Counted from the first letter of the stretch, positions 1 through 11,400 are shown. The stretch is 64,000 nucleotides of DNA from Verrucomicrobiota bacterium (GCA_038214755.1 JBBQRQ010000013.1:9155-73154); one strand, 5' to 3'. Numbers and translations are program-made. The notes: a model not told the origin generated them from the letters alone.

Positions 1-96
1 GGAGCCGGTCGGCGTCCCGGCCAAACCGTAATTTCACCCTCGTAAAAAATAAAAATTTTGCTTTGCTTCCGGGCAAAAGCAGTCCAAATAACACCC

Positions 97-378
97 ATGC
101 CAAAAGCAACTACTAAAACTAAACGCAAACCAAACGCGGCTTTTATGAAACCGGTCCAACCGGATGACAAGCTCGCCGCCGTCGTCGGCTCCAAGCCGCT
201 GCCTCGCACCGAACTCACCAAAAAACTCTGGGAATACATTCGCAAGAATGGATTACAGGACAAAAAGAAACGCACCATGATCAATGCGGACGCTGCGCTC
301 AAAGCTGTTTTCAACGGCAAGGGCACCGTCAGCATGTTCGAAATGACCAAGCTCGTTTCCGGTCACGTCAATAAATAA
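97..378 (+). CDS. Stand-alone SWIB/MDM2 domain protein
   Basis: Lys-rich N-terminus, then FMKPVQPDDKLAAVVG..PRTELTKKLWEYIRKNGLQD..INADAALKAVF..SMFEMTKLV, a typical bacterial SWIB domain; ATG at 97. Confidence 0.9.
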   Translation: MPKATTKTKRKPNAAFMKPVQPDDKLAAVVGSKPLPRTELTKKLWEYIRKNGLQDKKKRTMINADAALKAVFNGKGTVSMFEMTKLVSGHVNK

Positions 379-398
379 TCGGATCGGTTCTTCACACC

Positions 399-435
399 GA
401 CACCAGAATTGCGTTGGCAATTCTGGTGTCTTTTT
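399..435 (+). terminator. Rho-independent terminator after the SWIB gene
   Basis: Perfect 14-bp stem GACACCAGAATTGC/GCAATTCTGGTGTC, 4-nt loop, followed by TTTTT. Confidence 0.85.
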
Positions 436-480
436 ATTCCTTCTGCGCTAAATTCTGCGCCACAGTGTCAACTCCGTTTT

Positions 481-557
481 GCATCGGTAGCTCAATTGGA
501 TAGAGCTTCTGACTTCGGATCAGAAGGTTGGGGGTTCGAGTCCCTCCCGATGCACCA
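481..557 (+). tRNA. tRNA-Arg, anticodon UCG
   Basis: Acceptor stem GCATCGG/CCGATGC, D-arm AGCTCAATTGGATAGAGC, anticodon arm TCTGA-CTTCGGA-TCAGA, T-loop GGTTCGAGTCC, encoded CCA. Confidence 0.97.
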
Positions 558-968
558 TTTTCCCTTTCAGAAAACCGCATATTTCTCTGCGGCAATTTTT
601 TCTTGGCTACCGCGCCACGGACTCGAGGGCGAACTGGGCAACGGAACTGACCGTAAATTTGTTCGCGCCAAAGTGCTGCGCGCGGGAAAGCGAGATAAAG
701 TCGTCGTCGAACCAATCGGCCATTTTCAGCTTGCCGCATCTGGTAATCCCGCAAAAAGTGCGCCCGACAATTCCATGAATATCGTTGGGTTCATTTTCTT
801 AATCGCGTGGCTGGGCGCAATGGGCGGTTTGGCCAGTTGTTTTCGAGTGGCGGAAAAATTCTGACGCTTCTGGCCCAGAAGGAAGCGGACAAAGTGGCGA
901 AAGATGAATTGGCCAGCGTCTCGAAAAAATTATCTGCTAAAACCAAAAAATAAGTGTAAGGTGCATCC

Positions 969-1154
969 ATGACCGAGCTTCAAGAAACGCAAAAACAGTT
1001 GGACGAGGTGCTGGATCGGATTCCGATAACCGGCTCGTTTGAATCGGCGCGGCTCGCCAAGCAGGCTTCCAAGCTTGCAGATAAAATCGTCGAGCTTTGC
1101 GCGGATGGTAACGCTCCTTACAACCGCGAACTTCAATTGGTTGCTCAGAAATAG
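969..1154 (+). CDS. Small hypothetical helical protein (61 aa)
   Basis: ATG preceded by AAGGTG; amphipathic helical composition; no recognised motif. Confidence 0.5.
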   Translation: MTELQETQKQLDEVLDRIPITGSFESARLAKQASKLADKIVELCADGNAPYNRELQLVAQK

Positions 1155-1241
1155 CCCGTATCATGTTTGGGGGATTGTGGCCGCTTCTGCTCCACCAAAA
1201 TGGATCGGCCGTTACTGATCTAATTTTTCCAACCGACTGCG

Positions 1242-3179
1242 ATGAAAAATTTGGTTCAGGATTTTTCCACTCATCCGTTTTTGTCCGGCGGCGTCCTGGC
1301 TTCCATCATCGGCGACGCGCAAATCCGAAAACTCCAGCCGCTCGATATTGATTCGATCCTGACGTTCAATAAACGGAGCACGACGGAAATCGTCCGCCAT
1401 TTTCAAAACGGCGCGATGCTCGACGAAGCGCAGGCCGCGAAAATTTTAAATTCCGATGCGCAATTCGTTCAGGCTTTCAAACTCCTTTCCGTGAATCTTC
1501 CGGAGGTCGCAGAAGTCGCGGGCTGCGATCTGGATGCCGCCACACGACTCGCCCGCGCTTTGTTCAGCGCGCGATTGATGTCGGACTATTTGGAAATTTT
1601 GACATCGCCGGAACTTTCCTACGAAAAGACCGCGACCGGCACGACGGATTTGCTGGAGGCGCTGTTCGATTCCTTTCGCCAGATTGTCGGAGGCGCTTGG
1701 TCGGAATTTTTCCCGCGCAACAATTTTGATTTGCTGGCTGACGCCTCCGCCCAATTTTGGATGGCATGTCTTTACAGCAATCGCCCCAGCGATATGGCGA
1801 ATGAATTCGTCGGCATTTATCGTCGGCCATTTCGCGACCGTCTCCTCGCGCTGAATCAGAATCACAAAGCGGACCGTCGCTTGCAGATCAAGGACGCCGT
1901 CACCGACTACATCGACAACGCGAAGGAAAAATTTTCAAAACTTCATGACGTGGTGGACAAACAGGTGAGCGTTGGACTGGATCAGGCGTTTCGGGAAATC
2001 GTGCGCATCATCACGAAACTCGAACTGCCACCGCTCGTGGTTTTTTATTACCAATTTCTAACCGAGGAAATTTGCGGAGCGTTTTCGCGAATGGATTCCA
2101 CCATCTCGTCGAAGGAAAATCGCTTCAATCAATATTTGCTGCGGCAAATCGCGACGATCGTGGATGAATACGCCGGGGCCAATGATTCTTCCCACGCGCA
2201 GGAAAATCTGGAGGAAGTTTTAGGGGAGTTGGAGGAACTCATCGGCATCAACGAGGTCAAAGAAAAAGTCCGGCAGACCGCGAACTTCGCGAAAATTCAA
2301 CAGCTTCGTTTCACGCAAGGTTTAAGAAAAATCCCGACGAGTTATCACTCCGTTTACACCGGCAATCCCGGCACAGGCAAAACCACCGTGGCGCGATTGA
2401 TGGGGCGGATTTTCAAATTGCTCGGCGTCTTGAAAAAGGGGCACGTGGTCGAGTGTGATCGCTCGGCGCTCGTGGCGGAATACGTCGGACAAACCGCAGT
2501 GAAAACCAACGCGGTGATTGATTCCGCGCTCGACGGAATTTTGTTCATCGACGAAGCCTACAGTCTGGATAAAGGCGAAAAAGATTTCGGCCCTGAAGCC
2601 ATCGAGACGTTGTTGAAACGGATGGAGGACAATCGTGATCGGCTCATCGTGATCGTCGCGGGCTATCCCGATTTGATGGAAAAATTTATCGGGTCCAATC
2701 CGGGATTGCACTCGCGCTTCACGCGCTTCATCGAGTTTCCCGATTACCCGCCGCTCCAGCTTTGCCAAATCTTCGGATCGATGTGCCGGAAAAATGGGTT
2801 GGTCATTGCGCCCGATTTGAAAGAGCGACTGATCCATCATTTTTATTTTTTGCACAACGAGCGCTCGGAAAATTTCGGCAACGCCCGGCTGGTGCGAAAC
2901 ACTTTTGAAAACGTCATCACCGCGCAAGCCTCCCGCCTTGCCGCGCTCGCGCAAATTGATCCAAAAACTTTGGCGACGTTGGAATCGAGCGATTTGATTT
3001 CACCTTCCGATGCGGCTCGGGAAAAGTTTTTGCGCGGGAAAGGGAATTACGTCGTCCCCTGCCCGAACTGCGGAAAAATTTATAGTTGGAGCAAAGACCT
3101 GGAAATCCACCTGGCCGAATGCGCGCAGTGCAAAAAAATCTACGATTGCGAGTTTGGGCAATTGGTCGCGTCTCAGTGA
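1242..3179 (+). CDS. CbbX/SpoVK/EccA-family AAA+ ATPase with long N-terminal domain and C-terminal Zn ribbon
   Basis: Walker A GNPGTGKTTVAR, LVAEYVGQTA, Walker B LFIDEAY, NPGLHSRF, FGNARLVRN; C-terminal CPNC...CAQC. Confidence 0.9.
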   Translation: MKNLVQDFSTHPFLSGGVLASIIGDAQIRKLQPLDIDSILTFNKRSTTEIVRHFQNGAMLDEAQAAKILNSDAQFVQAFKLLSVNLPEVAEVAGCDLDAATRLARALFSARLMSDYLEILTSPELSYEKTATGTTDLLEALFDSFRQIVGGAWSEFFPRNNFDLLADASAQFWMACLYSNRPSDMANEFVGIYRRPFRDRLLALNQNHKADRRLQIKDAVTDYIDNAKEKFSKLHDVVDKQVSVGLDQAFREIVRIITKLELPPLVVFYYQFLTEEICGAFSRMDSTISSKENRFNQYLLRQIATIVDEYAGANDSSHAQENLEEVLGELEELIGINEVKEKVRQTANFAKIQQLRFTQGLRKIPTSYHSVYTGNPGTGKTTVARLMGRIFKLLGVLKKGHVVECDRSALVAEYVGQTAVKTNAVIDSALDGILFIDEAYSLDKGEKDFGPEAIETLLKRMEDNRDRLIVIVAGYPDLMEKFIGSNPGLHSRFTRFIEFPDYPPLQLCQIFGSMCRKNGLVIAPDLKERLIHHFYFLHNERSENFGNARLVRNTFENVITAQASRLAALAQIDPKTLATLESSDLISPSDAAREKFLRGKGNYVVPCPNCGKIYSWSKDLEIHLAECAQCKKIYDCEFGQLVASQ

Positions 3180-3276
3180 AATACTTCCGTTTCCTCGGCC
3201 CGCAAAACATTCTTTACCCCTGATGCGCGCCAATCGTATCGACAGTTTGTCGGAACGGAGTAAACTTCGTGGTGCC

Positions 3277-6111
3277 ATGAAAGGTTTTGTTCGCATCGCA
3301 ATTTTTGGTTTCGCCACGATCATTTTGTCGCAGATCAGCGACGCTGCCGATACAAACCTCCATGCGACAAACCACTGGGCTTTCAAATCTCCTGTTTATC
3401 CAAAAATTCCCGGAACCAAAAATAAAAATTGGGTTCGTAACCCCATCGACAATTTTATTCTTGAGAAACTCGAACGCGAAAAACTTTTGCCTTCGCCGTC
3501 GGCGGATAAAATCACTTTGCTGCGCCGGCTCTCGCTCGATTTAATCGGCTTGCCGCCGACGATTGCCGAAGTGGATTCGTTTCTCACCGACAAATCTCCA
3601 GACGCGTATCAAAAACAAGTCGAGCGTTTGCTCGCCTCGCCGCATTACGGCGAGCGCTGGGGCCGCAACTGGCTCGACGCCGCGCGTTACGCCGACTCCG
3701 ACGGTTTTGAAAAAGATAAATCGCGCGCGGTTTGGCCGTACCGTGATTACGTCATTAACGCGTTCAATAAAGATTTGCCCTACGACCAATTTGTCATCGA
3801 ACAAATCGCCGGCGACGAACTTCCTAACGCGACGCAGGAACAAATTGTTGCCACCGGATTTTTGCGCAATTCGATGTTGAACGAAGAAGGCGGCGTCGAT
3901 CCCGAACAGTTTCGCATGGACGCGATGTTTGATCGCATGGAAGCCATCGGCAAAGGCGTGCTCGGCCTGACGATTCAGTGCGCGCAATGTCATAACCACA
4001 AATTCGATCCGCTGACGCAGGAGGAATATTACAAAATGTTCGCGTTCCTGAACAACGATCACGAAGCGTCGCGCGTCGCTTATTTGCCGAGTGACCTGAT
4101 GAAGATTGATGAATTGCGTCGCGGCATTTCTGAAATCGAAAATGATTTGAAACATCGCTCGACCGATTGGCAGGAAAAAATGGCGCAATGGGAAGCAGCG
4201 ATGAAAACGAACCAACCGGCGTGGCAAGTCGTCGTCGTGACGAACATCGGGGACAACGGCGAACGCTTTTACCAATACGCCGACGGCTCGATTCGCGCGG
4301 CCAGTTACGCTCCGACAAAATGGACGGCGCAATTTCGCGGGACAAATAATCTGCCGGGCATCGGAGCGTTTCGTCTCGAACAATTCACCGATCCAAATCT
4401 TCCGTGCAACGGGCCGGGGCGTTCGTTGAAAGGAATGTCGGCACTGACGGAATTTAATGTCGAAGCGATTGACGCAAATAATCCCACGAACAAAGTCGAA
4501 GTAAAATTCGTGAAAGCGACGGCGGATTTTTCCAACGCGGAAAAAGAGTTGGAAGCCGAGTTCGATGACAAGTCCGGCAAGAAAAGAATTTATGGGCCGG
4601 TGGATTTCGCCATCGACGGAAAAGGAGAAACCGCTTGGGGGATCGACGCCGGGCTAGGCCGGAGAAACCAGGCGCGCAAAGCGGTTTTCCTCCCGGACAA
4701 ACCCATTGCGTTCACGAACGGGACGACTCTCGTTTTCAAGCTGCAACAAAATCACGGCGGCTGGAATTCCGACGACAATCAAAATCATAACCTCGGCAGA
4801 TTTCGTTTGAGCGTGACGAGCGAAACAAATGCGGTGGCCGATCCATCGCCCGCAACCGTCCGTGAAATTTTTGAAATTCCCTCTGAGAAACGCTCTCCCG
4901 CGCAAGTCGCCGCCCTGTTCAGTTATTGGCGAACGACCGTCGCCGATGGGAAAGAGGCGAATGAAAAAATTGAAGTGCTGTGGAAACAATGGCCGGAGGG
5001 AACGGCGACGTTGGCGTTGGTCGCGCGAAACAACAGCGGCGTTGGAGACGAGAAGCGGGCGACAAAAATGTTGAAGCGCGGCGATTGGCTCAATCCGACA
5101 AGCGAAGTCGCAGCAGGCACGCCGGCTTTTCTCCACTCGCTCCCAAAAAACTCAGATGATTCGCGGCTCACTTTTGCGAAATGGCTCGTCGAAAAAAAAT
5201 CGCCGACGACCGCGCGCGCTTTGGTCAATCGCGTCTGGCAAACTTATTTTGGCATCGGCCTGTTGGATACGCCGGAAGATTTTGGCATGCGCGCCGAAAA
5301 ACCGTCGCATCCAGAGTTACTCGATTGGCTCGCCGTCGAATTGATGGATTCGGGTTGGAGTTTGAAAAAAATTCATAGGCGGATCGTCAGTTCCGCGACC
5401 TACCAACAATCCTCCAAAGTGACCCCGCAACTCTTCGCGCGCGATCAATACAACCGATTGCTGGCGCGCGGGCCAAGATTTCGCGTCGAAGGAGAAATCG
5501 TGCGCGACATCGCGTTGGCTTCGAGTGGATTGCTCAATGACAAAGTTGGCGGGCCGAGCGTATTTTCGCCTGCGCCAGAATTTCTTTTCAAGCCGCCCGC
5601 GAGCTACGGCCCATTCACGTGGACGGAAGCGACTGGCCCGGACCGTTACCGCCGCGCGCTCTACACCTTTCGCCGTCGCTCCACACCGTATCCGATGTTG
5701 CAAGTGTTCGACGCGCCGAATGGAGATTCGTCGTGCATTCGCCGAATGCGTTCCAACACGCCGTTGCAAGCGCTGACGACGCTGAACGAAATTGTGGCGA
5801 TGGAGTGCGCGCAATCGCTTGCGCAAAAAATTGTGGCAGAAGGTGGCAAAACTGATGCAGCGAAAATCGAATACGCGTTCCGGCGCACGCTCGCTCGAAA
5901 ACCCACCAGCCGTGAAACGACTGAACTTCTAAAACTGATCCAGAAACAGAAAAGACGCATTGCCGACGGTTGGATCAATCCTTTGGAGATCGCGACGGGA
6001 AAAAATGAGAAGCCAAATTTACCGGAAGGAGCAACGCCGACTCAACTAGCCGCTTACACGGTGGTGGCGCGTGTGCTGTTGAACCTTGATGAGACGATCA
6101 CGAAGGAATAA
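3277..6111 (+). CDS. DUF1549/DUF1553 (PSD1, planctomycete cytochrome c-type) exported protein
   Basis: Signal peptide from ATG 3277; HWAF, NPIDNFI, LLRRLSLDLIGLPPT, YGERWGRNWLDAARYADSDG, CAQCHNHKFDP, PSHPELLDWLA, NTPLQAL, LLNLDETITKE. Confidence 0.92.
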   Translation: MKGFVRIAIFGFATIILSQISDAADTNLHATNHWAFKSPVYPKIPGTKNKNWVRNPIDNFILEKLEREKLLPSPSADKITLLRRLSLDLIGLPPTIAEVDSFLTDKSPDAYQKQVERLLASPHYGERWGRNWLDAARYADSDGFEKDKSRAVWPYRDYVINAFNKDLPYDQFVIEQIAGDELPNATQEQIVATGFLRNSMLNEEGGVDPEQFRMDAMFDRMEAIGKGVLGLTIQCAQCHNHKFDPLTQEEYYKMFAFLNNDHEASRVAYLPSDLMKIDELRRGISEIENDLKHRSTDWQEKMAQWEAAMKTNQPAWQVVVVTNIGDNGERFYQYADGSIRAASYAPTKWTAQFRGTNNLPGIGAFRLEQFTDPNLPCNGPGRSLKGMSALTEFNVEAIDANNPTNKVEVKFVKATADFSNAEKELEAEFDDKSGKKRIYGPVDFAIDGKGETAWGIDAGLGRRNQARKAVFLPDKPIAFTNGTTLVFKLQQNHGGWNSDDNQNHNLGRFRLSVTSETNAVADPSPATVREIFEIPSEKRSPAQVAALFSYWRTTVADGKEANEKIEVLWKQWPEGTATLALVARNNSGVGDEKRATKMLKRGDWLNPTSEVAAGTPAFLHSLPKNSDDSRLTFAKWLVEKKSPTTARALVNRVWQTYFGIGLLDTPEDFGMRAEKPSHPELLDWLAVELMDSGWSLKKIHRRIVSSATYQQSSKVTPQLFARDQYNRLLARGPRFRVEGEIVRDIALASSGLLNDKVGGPSVFSPAPEFLFKPPASYGPFTWTEATGPDRYRRALYTFRRRSTPYPMLQVFDAPNGDSSCIRRMRSNTPLQALTTLNEIVAMECAQSLAQKIVAEGGKTDAAKIEYAFRRTLARKPTSRETTELLKLIQKQKRRIADGWINPLEIATGKNEKPNLPEGATPTQLAAYTVVARVLLNLDETITKE

Positions 6112-6147
6112 TTAACCAGTGCTTCTCTCACGCTGGCTTCGCTCTGG

Positions 6148-7134
6148 TCAATGCAGCTTTAGCTTGAACAAAAGAATTTGATTTGTCGCTGAGACCGTCT
6201 GACAGATTTCATTTCCTATGACTGACTTTGGCCCGCTCGCGACATTCCATGGACCGGCGATATTTCCCGCCCCATTCAAAACAGCATTGGTAAATTCGAG
6301 TGACCAATACACCTGAACGAATGAACCATTTGGCGCGATTCTAATCGGTGGCTTGAAGATAAGCTCAATCCACTCGGGATGGTCGATGAATGGATTCCGG
6401 TTGTGCTGATACATTTGAAAAATCCGGTCGTTGCGCAATCGCTCGGCGTCATCAATCGGATCTTGTTCGTTCCAAAGCAGCAAAGTGCTCAATCGCCCCA
6501 TTAAGTTTGTCGCGCTACTCACGCCCGTTGTAATGTCTTTGAGGATCAAATCCTGTTCATTCGTTCTATCCCCCTCATAGCGGACATCCATGTAAAAAAG
6601 AGATCGCGCGATATCGCCCTTGACTAGATCGGGTGGTTCCCACGAATCGGTATCCGTCGAAGTCAACGGCGCTTCAGCATGACCCGGTTTTTTGTAACCC
6701 GGAGAGTTGGTATCGCTGATGTCGTAAAACTTGTTGCCGCGCGCGCTGTTTACGTTGGCATCTTCAGCCCGCAGATTAAACAAGTCAGTGTAGGATGGGC
6801 GGATGTCATCCAGGCCGTATGAATCGGGCCATTGATGTTCGCGGTTCCAACCTGTGGTCGTGCCAAAGTTTGTCTTGGGCTCGGAACGCTGTTCGTAAAG
6901 CAGGATGACGCTGTTCGTATTGGCAGGGTCTTCATCCAATCGTTTTAACGCCTCCTCGGTATTGTTTGTTCCGCTGCTGCTGTAAGGAAGGTTGGTGTGA
7001 TCGTTGATAATTTCGTGCAACGCGCTTCGGAGTTCCGGGCCTTTCTTGCCAATCGCAGAATCGTAATAGCCAATCGGTGGAGCGCCTGAAGCTGAAAGCA
7101 CCGAGCCTATCAGAAATATAAAAAATGATTTCAA
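6148..7134 (-). CDS. Secreted endonuclease I / Bsn-type nuclease with C-terminal extension
   Basis: Signal peptide; WNREHQWP, DLFNL..NSARGN, KGDIARSLFYMDVRY, RNPFIDHPEW. Confidence 0.9.
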   Translation of the reverse strand: MKSFFIFLIGSVLSASGAPPIGYYDSAIGKKGPELRSALHEIINDHTNLPYSSSGTNNTEEALKRLDEDPANTNSVILLYEQRSEPKTNFGTTTGWNREHQWPDSYGLDDIRPSYTDLFNLRAEDANVNSARGNKFYDISDTNSPGYKKPGHAEAPLTSTDTDSWEPPDLVKGDIARSLFYMDVRYEGDRTNEQDLILKDITTGVSSATNLMGRLSTLLLWNEQDPIDDAERLRNDRIFQMYQHNRNPFIDHPEWIELIFKPPIRIAPNGSFVQVYWSLEFTNAVLNGAGNIAGPWNVASGPKSVIGNEICQTVSATNQILLFKLKLH

Positions 7135-7252
7135 TGAACGGACATCATAGCATATCCGACGCTTGAAACGAGCGGTGTTTTTCGCAGGAGATCTCCACGC
7201 AAATAAAGACGTTGTCAGGGAGAGATTCGATGATCCATCGCTGGGAGTGAAA

Positions 7253-8245
7253 TTATTTGCTCATTAAACCCAACTCGGTCGCCATCGCTTTTTCTTCTTT
7301 CAACTCATTCACCGTCGCATCGATTTTTGATTGGCTGAATTCGTTGATGGACAAGCCTTGAACAATTTCGAGTTTCTCTCCATCGCTGCGAATTGGGAAC
7401 GAGCAAATAATATCTCGTTCGATTCCGTAACTACCATCGGAGCAAACACACACGCTGTGCCAGTCGCCAGCATTCGTCGGCGTCGCGATGGATTTCACAC
7501 TGTCAATCACGGCGTTGGCGGCACTGGCTGCGCTGCCCGCGCCGCGCGCTTTCAAAACCGAGGTCCCGCGTTGCGCCACCGTTGTAACAAAATCATTCTT
7601 CAACCAATTCTCATCCTTGATTACTTCGGTCGCTGGCTTCCCGCCAATCTTCGCGTTGTAAAAATCCGGGAACATCGTTGGGCTGTGATTTCCCCAAACC
7701 GCCAAATTTGAGACTGCTGAAATGTCAACCCCCGCTTTTCTTGCGAGTTGAGTTTTGGCGCGGTTTTCGTCGAGGCGCGTCATGGCGAACCAGCGATCGC
7801 GGGAAATCTCCGGCGCGTTGTTCATCGCGATGAGGCAATTCGTGTTGCACGGATTTCCCACGACGAGAATCCGAATGTTTTTCGCCGCGTTTTTCTGAAT
7901 CGCTTTGGCCTGTCCGACGAAAATGTTGCCATTGATTTTCAACAAATCTTTTCGCTCCATGCCCGGCTTGCGCGACACGCTGCCGACGAGCAACGCCCAA
8001 TTCACGTCTTTAAAACCTTCATCAAGATTTGCCGTCGCGACCAAACCCTTCAACAGCGGCGACGCGCAATCTTCCAGTTCCATCACGACTCCCTGCAAAA
8101 CGGCCAACGCCTGCTCGATATCGACAAGGTGAATGATGACAGGTTGGTCCGGCCCGAAAACTTCACCCGACGCGATGCGGAACAAAAGTGAGTAACCAAT
8201 GGCGCCCGCCGCACCCGTGACCGCGATACGAATTGGATTGTTCAT
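7253..8245 (-). CDS. mdh: Malate dehydrogenase
   Basis: [46 protein letters not shown]. Confidence 0.96.
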   Translation of the reverse strand: MNNPIRIAVTGAAGAIGYSLLFRIASGEVFGPDQPVIIHLVDIEQALAVLQGVVMELEDCASPLLKGLVATANLDEGFKDVNWALLVGSVSRKPGMERKDLLKINGNIFVGQAKAIQKNAAKNIRILVVGNPCNTNCLIAMNNAPEISRDRWFAMTRLDENRAKTQLARKAGVDISAVSNLAVWGNHSPTMFPDFYNAKIGGKPATEVIKDENWLKNDFVTTVAQRGTSVLKARGAGSAASAANAVIDSVKSIATPTNAGDWHSVCVCSDGSYGIERDIICSFPIRSDGEKLEIVQGLSINEFSQSKIDATVNELKEEKAMATELGLMSK

Positions 8246-8327
8246 AAAATTTTAGAGCGCGAAGTATGCGAGTCCGTTTTCAGCGTTCGCAAGTGGAATG
8301 TCGCGGCGAACGCTTCAGCATCTTGCA

Positions 8328-8363
8328 GACAAGTTTATGTTGCATATTCAACATGAACTTGTC
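8328..8363. promoter_or_regulatory. 36-bp near-perfect palindrome upstream of mdh (possible operator)
   Basis: GACAAGTTTATGTTGCAT|ATTCAACATGAACTTGTC with 2 mismatches; core shared with 38262-38293. Confidence 0.5.
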
Positions 8364-8426
8364 CAATGGGGATCGAACACGCCCGAGTCATCCACAAAAG
8401 TTGAATCACGAAATCGCCGTTCGCTC

Positions 8427-11400
8427 TCAGTGCTCCACGATTCGATAAAAGCGTTTCGGAAAATTCACCGTGTTCGTGTCGTTGAACAGCAGCGACCCGT
8501 TGGTCAGGGCGGGCGCGATGGGTAACGCAATCCAATCGGTGAGATCGGTGCTGGCCTGGATTCCAAACGCGGCGAGGTCTTCGGGCAAAAGTGTTCCGCC
8601 ATCAACATCGCGTGAAAGAAGAAACACGCTGCCATCCGCGAGATGCTGAAGTGGATTCAACTGTTGCGGGACGAGCACTTTCAAAATGGCGTTGCTGCTC
8701 GTGACGCTCCCTCCGGCATTGGAAACTTTCAGCGCATACGTCGCGGAGTCCCGCCTCGAGACGCTCGTCAAAGTGAGATATTGATTCGTCGCTCCGATTA
8801 GATTGGTGCCATTTTTCAACCATTGATAGTTCAACGGCGGAGCGCCCTCGGCAAAGGCCGGGATCGTCACATTTGCACCGAGCGAAACGGTTTGATTGAA
8901 AGGATGGCGAATGATCGTGGGCGAGAAGCTCACTTCGTCAACCCACCCCGCGTCACGGCCGCTGCTGACGGTGGCGTCCTTGGCGTAAGTCCAGTGTAAG
9001 ACATGCGAGCCGGATGAGATCGAAACGGTTTTTTGTTCCCACTCCGTTTCTCCTGATATACCGGCAAAAGGATTTTGATTATCTACCGTCAACCGAAGAA
9101 AATCGTAGCCCGCCTCAGAAGAAACTTTCCACCAAAAAGTCAATGTTCCCGGACCATTCACCATCGTGGTCAAAACGGATTGTTGGTTGTTGGAAATCGC
9201 ACCGCTTTGCGCGGCCGCGTCGCCATCATGGGTCTGGCGGATTTGCGCGAACCACACTCCCGTCGTTTTGCTCGTCCCGCCCGCTGGGTTCAGCCAGGAA
9301 AAAGTATCCCAGATAAGATTGGTCGCATTGAGCGCCGCCGGGAGATTCGTGCTGAACGGAATCGCGATTTGCGCCGTCATGCTGAAAACCGAGCCGAGCG
9401 CGTTGGACGCCAGCATCCGATAAGCGCCGGTGTCCTTCCCCTGAAAATTCGTGATGATTAAAGACCCATTCGTCGCGCCGGGAATATTCACAGTGTCCAA
9501 TTGCCATTGATAGGCGATGGGCTGGATGCCCGCCGCGCGCGAATGAAGTTGAACCGCATCACCCTTTTTCACGATTTGACTGACAGGCTGAATCGTGATG
9601 GCTGGCGCGCCATCGCCAATCAACGCGACGCCAAAATCTGTTTGCACACCGCCCACATCAATCGCCGTGACGTTGCTCAAGACCGGAAGAGGAGTTTTAC
9701 CAAAGGCTCCTGAGGAAACTAAAGTGCCATCGTTTTTCAACACCAGTCCCACAGTATTGTTGGCGGCGATGGCAATCACGTTGGACAAATTGGTGGACAA
9801 CAGAATTCTGCCGGTGGAGTTCCAAATCGTTCCATCTTGTCTTAACGCCAGAATGCCTGAAGAACCGCCCGCAATCGCGATGGCATTTGACAGTCCCGTC
9901 ACATTGGTCAACGTGAGAAAAGTCGCCCATGTCACAACGGTGCCGTCTCGTTTGAGCGCAAAGCTCGCGCCATTTGCGGAAGTTGTCGCGGTGATGGCAA
10001 CCACGTTCGATAAATTTGAGGGAACTATTCCATACGTTCCCCATCCGGCCACCGAACCATCGCTCTTGATCGCGAATCCACGACCCGGACCCGCTGCAAT
10101 CGCCACCACATTGGATAAACCCGCAGGCACATTGGTTTGCCCGGAAGCATTTCCTCCCCACGCAATGACGGTTCCATTGGAACGCAACGCGAGGTTGTGA
10201 TCCGGCCCGGCCGAAATCGCAATGATGTTCGTCGCACCGGCAGGAACATTCGTGACCGCAGCCGAACCAAAAATATAGTTCGCGTTCGCCAGCCACACCT
10301 TGACCGTCCCATCCGATTTCAATGCCGTGATATGCGACCCGCCCGCCGCGATGGCGACGACGTTACTCAATCCAAAGGGGAAGTTGGTGTTGCCCGTGAA
10401 TGGATCTCCGAACGCCACTACCTGGCTCACGTTCAGAAATATTTTAGCGCTGTTCGTTTCGCCGAACGAATTAGAAACCGTGACCGAATAAAATCCGATC
10501 TGGTCATATCGAAAGTTGGACAAAGTCAGTGTCGCGTTGGTCCGGGCAGGAATTTCCGCGCCATTGAACCTCCATTGATAACTCAACGGCAGGGAGCCTC
10601 TCGCGCCGACATTGAGGGTCACGCTTCCACCAATGGGAACGACGGGATTGGTCACGATACTTTGATCAGACTGGCGAACATAGGGCTGCTGCACGAAGTA
10701 GGGCGCGGCATTGGTTACGGTGAGATGGAGGTCGGCTTGAACGTCGCCATAGGGATTAGTCACCCGCAGAAAATAAGTGCCGGAATCACCGGGTTGAACA
10801 TTCAGGAGAGTGATTGAACTAGATGTTTTACCAGGAAGATTTGTTCCATTGAAGAACCATTGGAAGTTGAGCGGCGGTGTGCCATCGGCGAATACGGCGA
10901 ACGTCAAATCCGTTCCCGCCGCTACCGTGCGATCAGGCGATTGCGACGTGATGGAGGGAGGGCTGATGACGGTGAGAACCGCGCCAGCACTGGTCACGGA
11001 ACCAAACGCGTTGCTGACCACCACGGTGTAAGCGCCGATGTCCGCGAACTGCGCGTTGGAAATACTCAACGAAGCACTGGTCGCGCCGGAAATCCGCGCC
11101 GCGTCGTTCACCGGATTGCCATTCAAAAACCATCGATAAACCAATGGCTCCAATCCACGCGCTCTAACGGACAAGAGGATGTTTGATCGATACGGAATAT
11201 CCCTGCTCGCCGGTTGTTGAAGGATTTCCGGGGGGCCATCGAAAACCAGCGCGAGACTGTGACCCTCGCCCGCCGCGATGGCTTTGACGTTCGTCAGTCC
11301 AGGCGGCACAACGGTTTGGCCGTAGTCTGGAATCCCGTTATGCCCTGCCCACCACGCAACGACCGTGCCGTCCGCTTTTAGCGCCATGCTGTGATAAGCG

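Noticed and set aside
409..864. 151-aa ORF and its antisense ORF 434-754
   Set aside because: They run across the terminator and the tRNA-Arg gene and have no protein motifs.
775..952. Possible frameshifted small membrane protein (MNIVGFIFLIAW... / ...LLAQKEADKVAKDEL)
   Set aside because: Both pieces are short with no recognisable homology, so it cannot be supported from sequence alone.
481..3200. Integrative island at tRNA-Arg
   Set aside because: No integrase, and I saw no duplicate of the tRNA 3' end in the window.
3010..3276. N-terminal extension of the DUF1553 ORF
   Set aside because: Overlaps the AAA ATPase gene; the signal peptide begins at ATG 3277.
8328..8363. dif (XerCD) site
   Set aside because: Contains TTATGTT, but the symmetry and arm arrangement do not fit the 11-6-11 dif layout.
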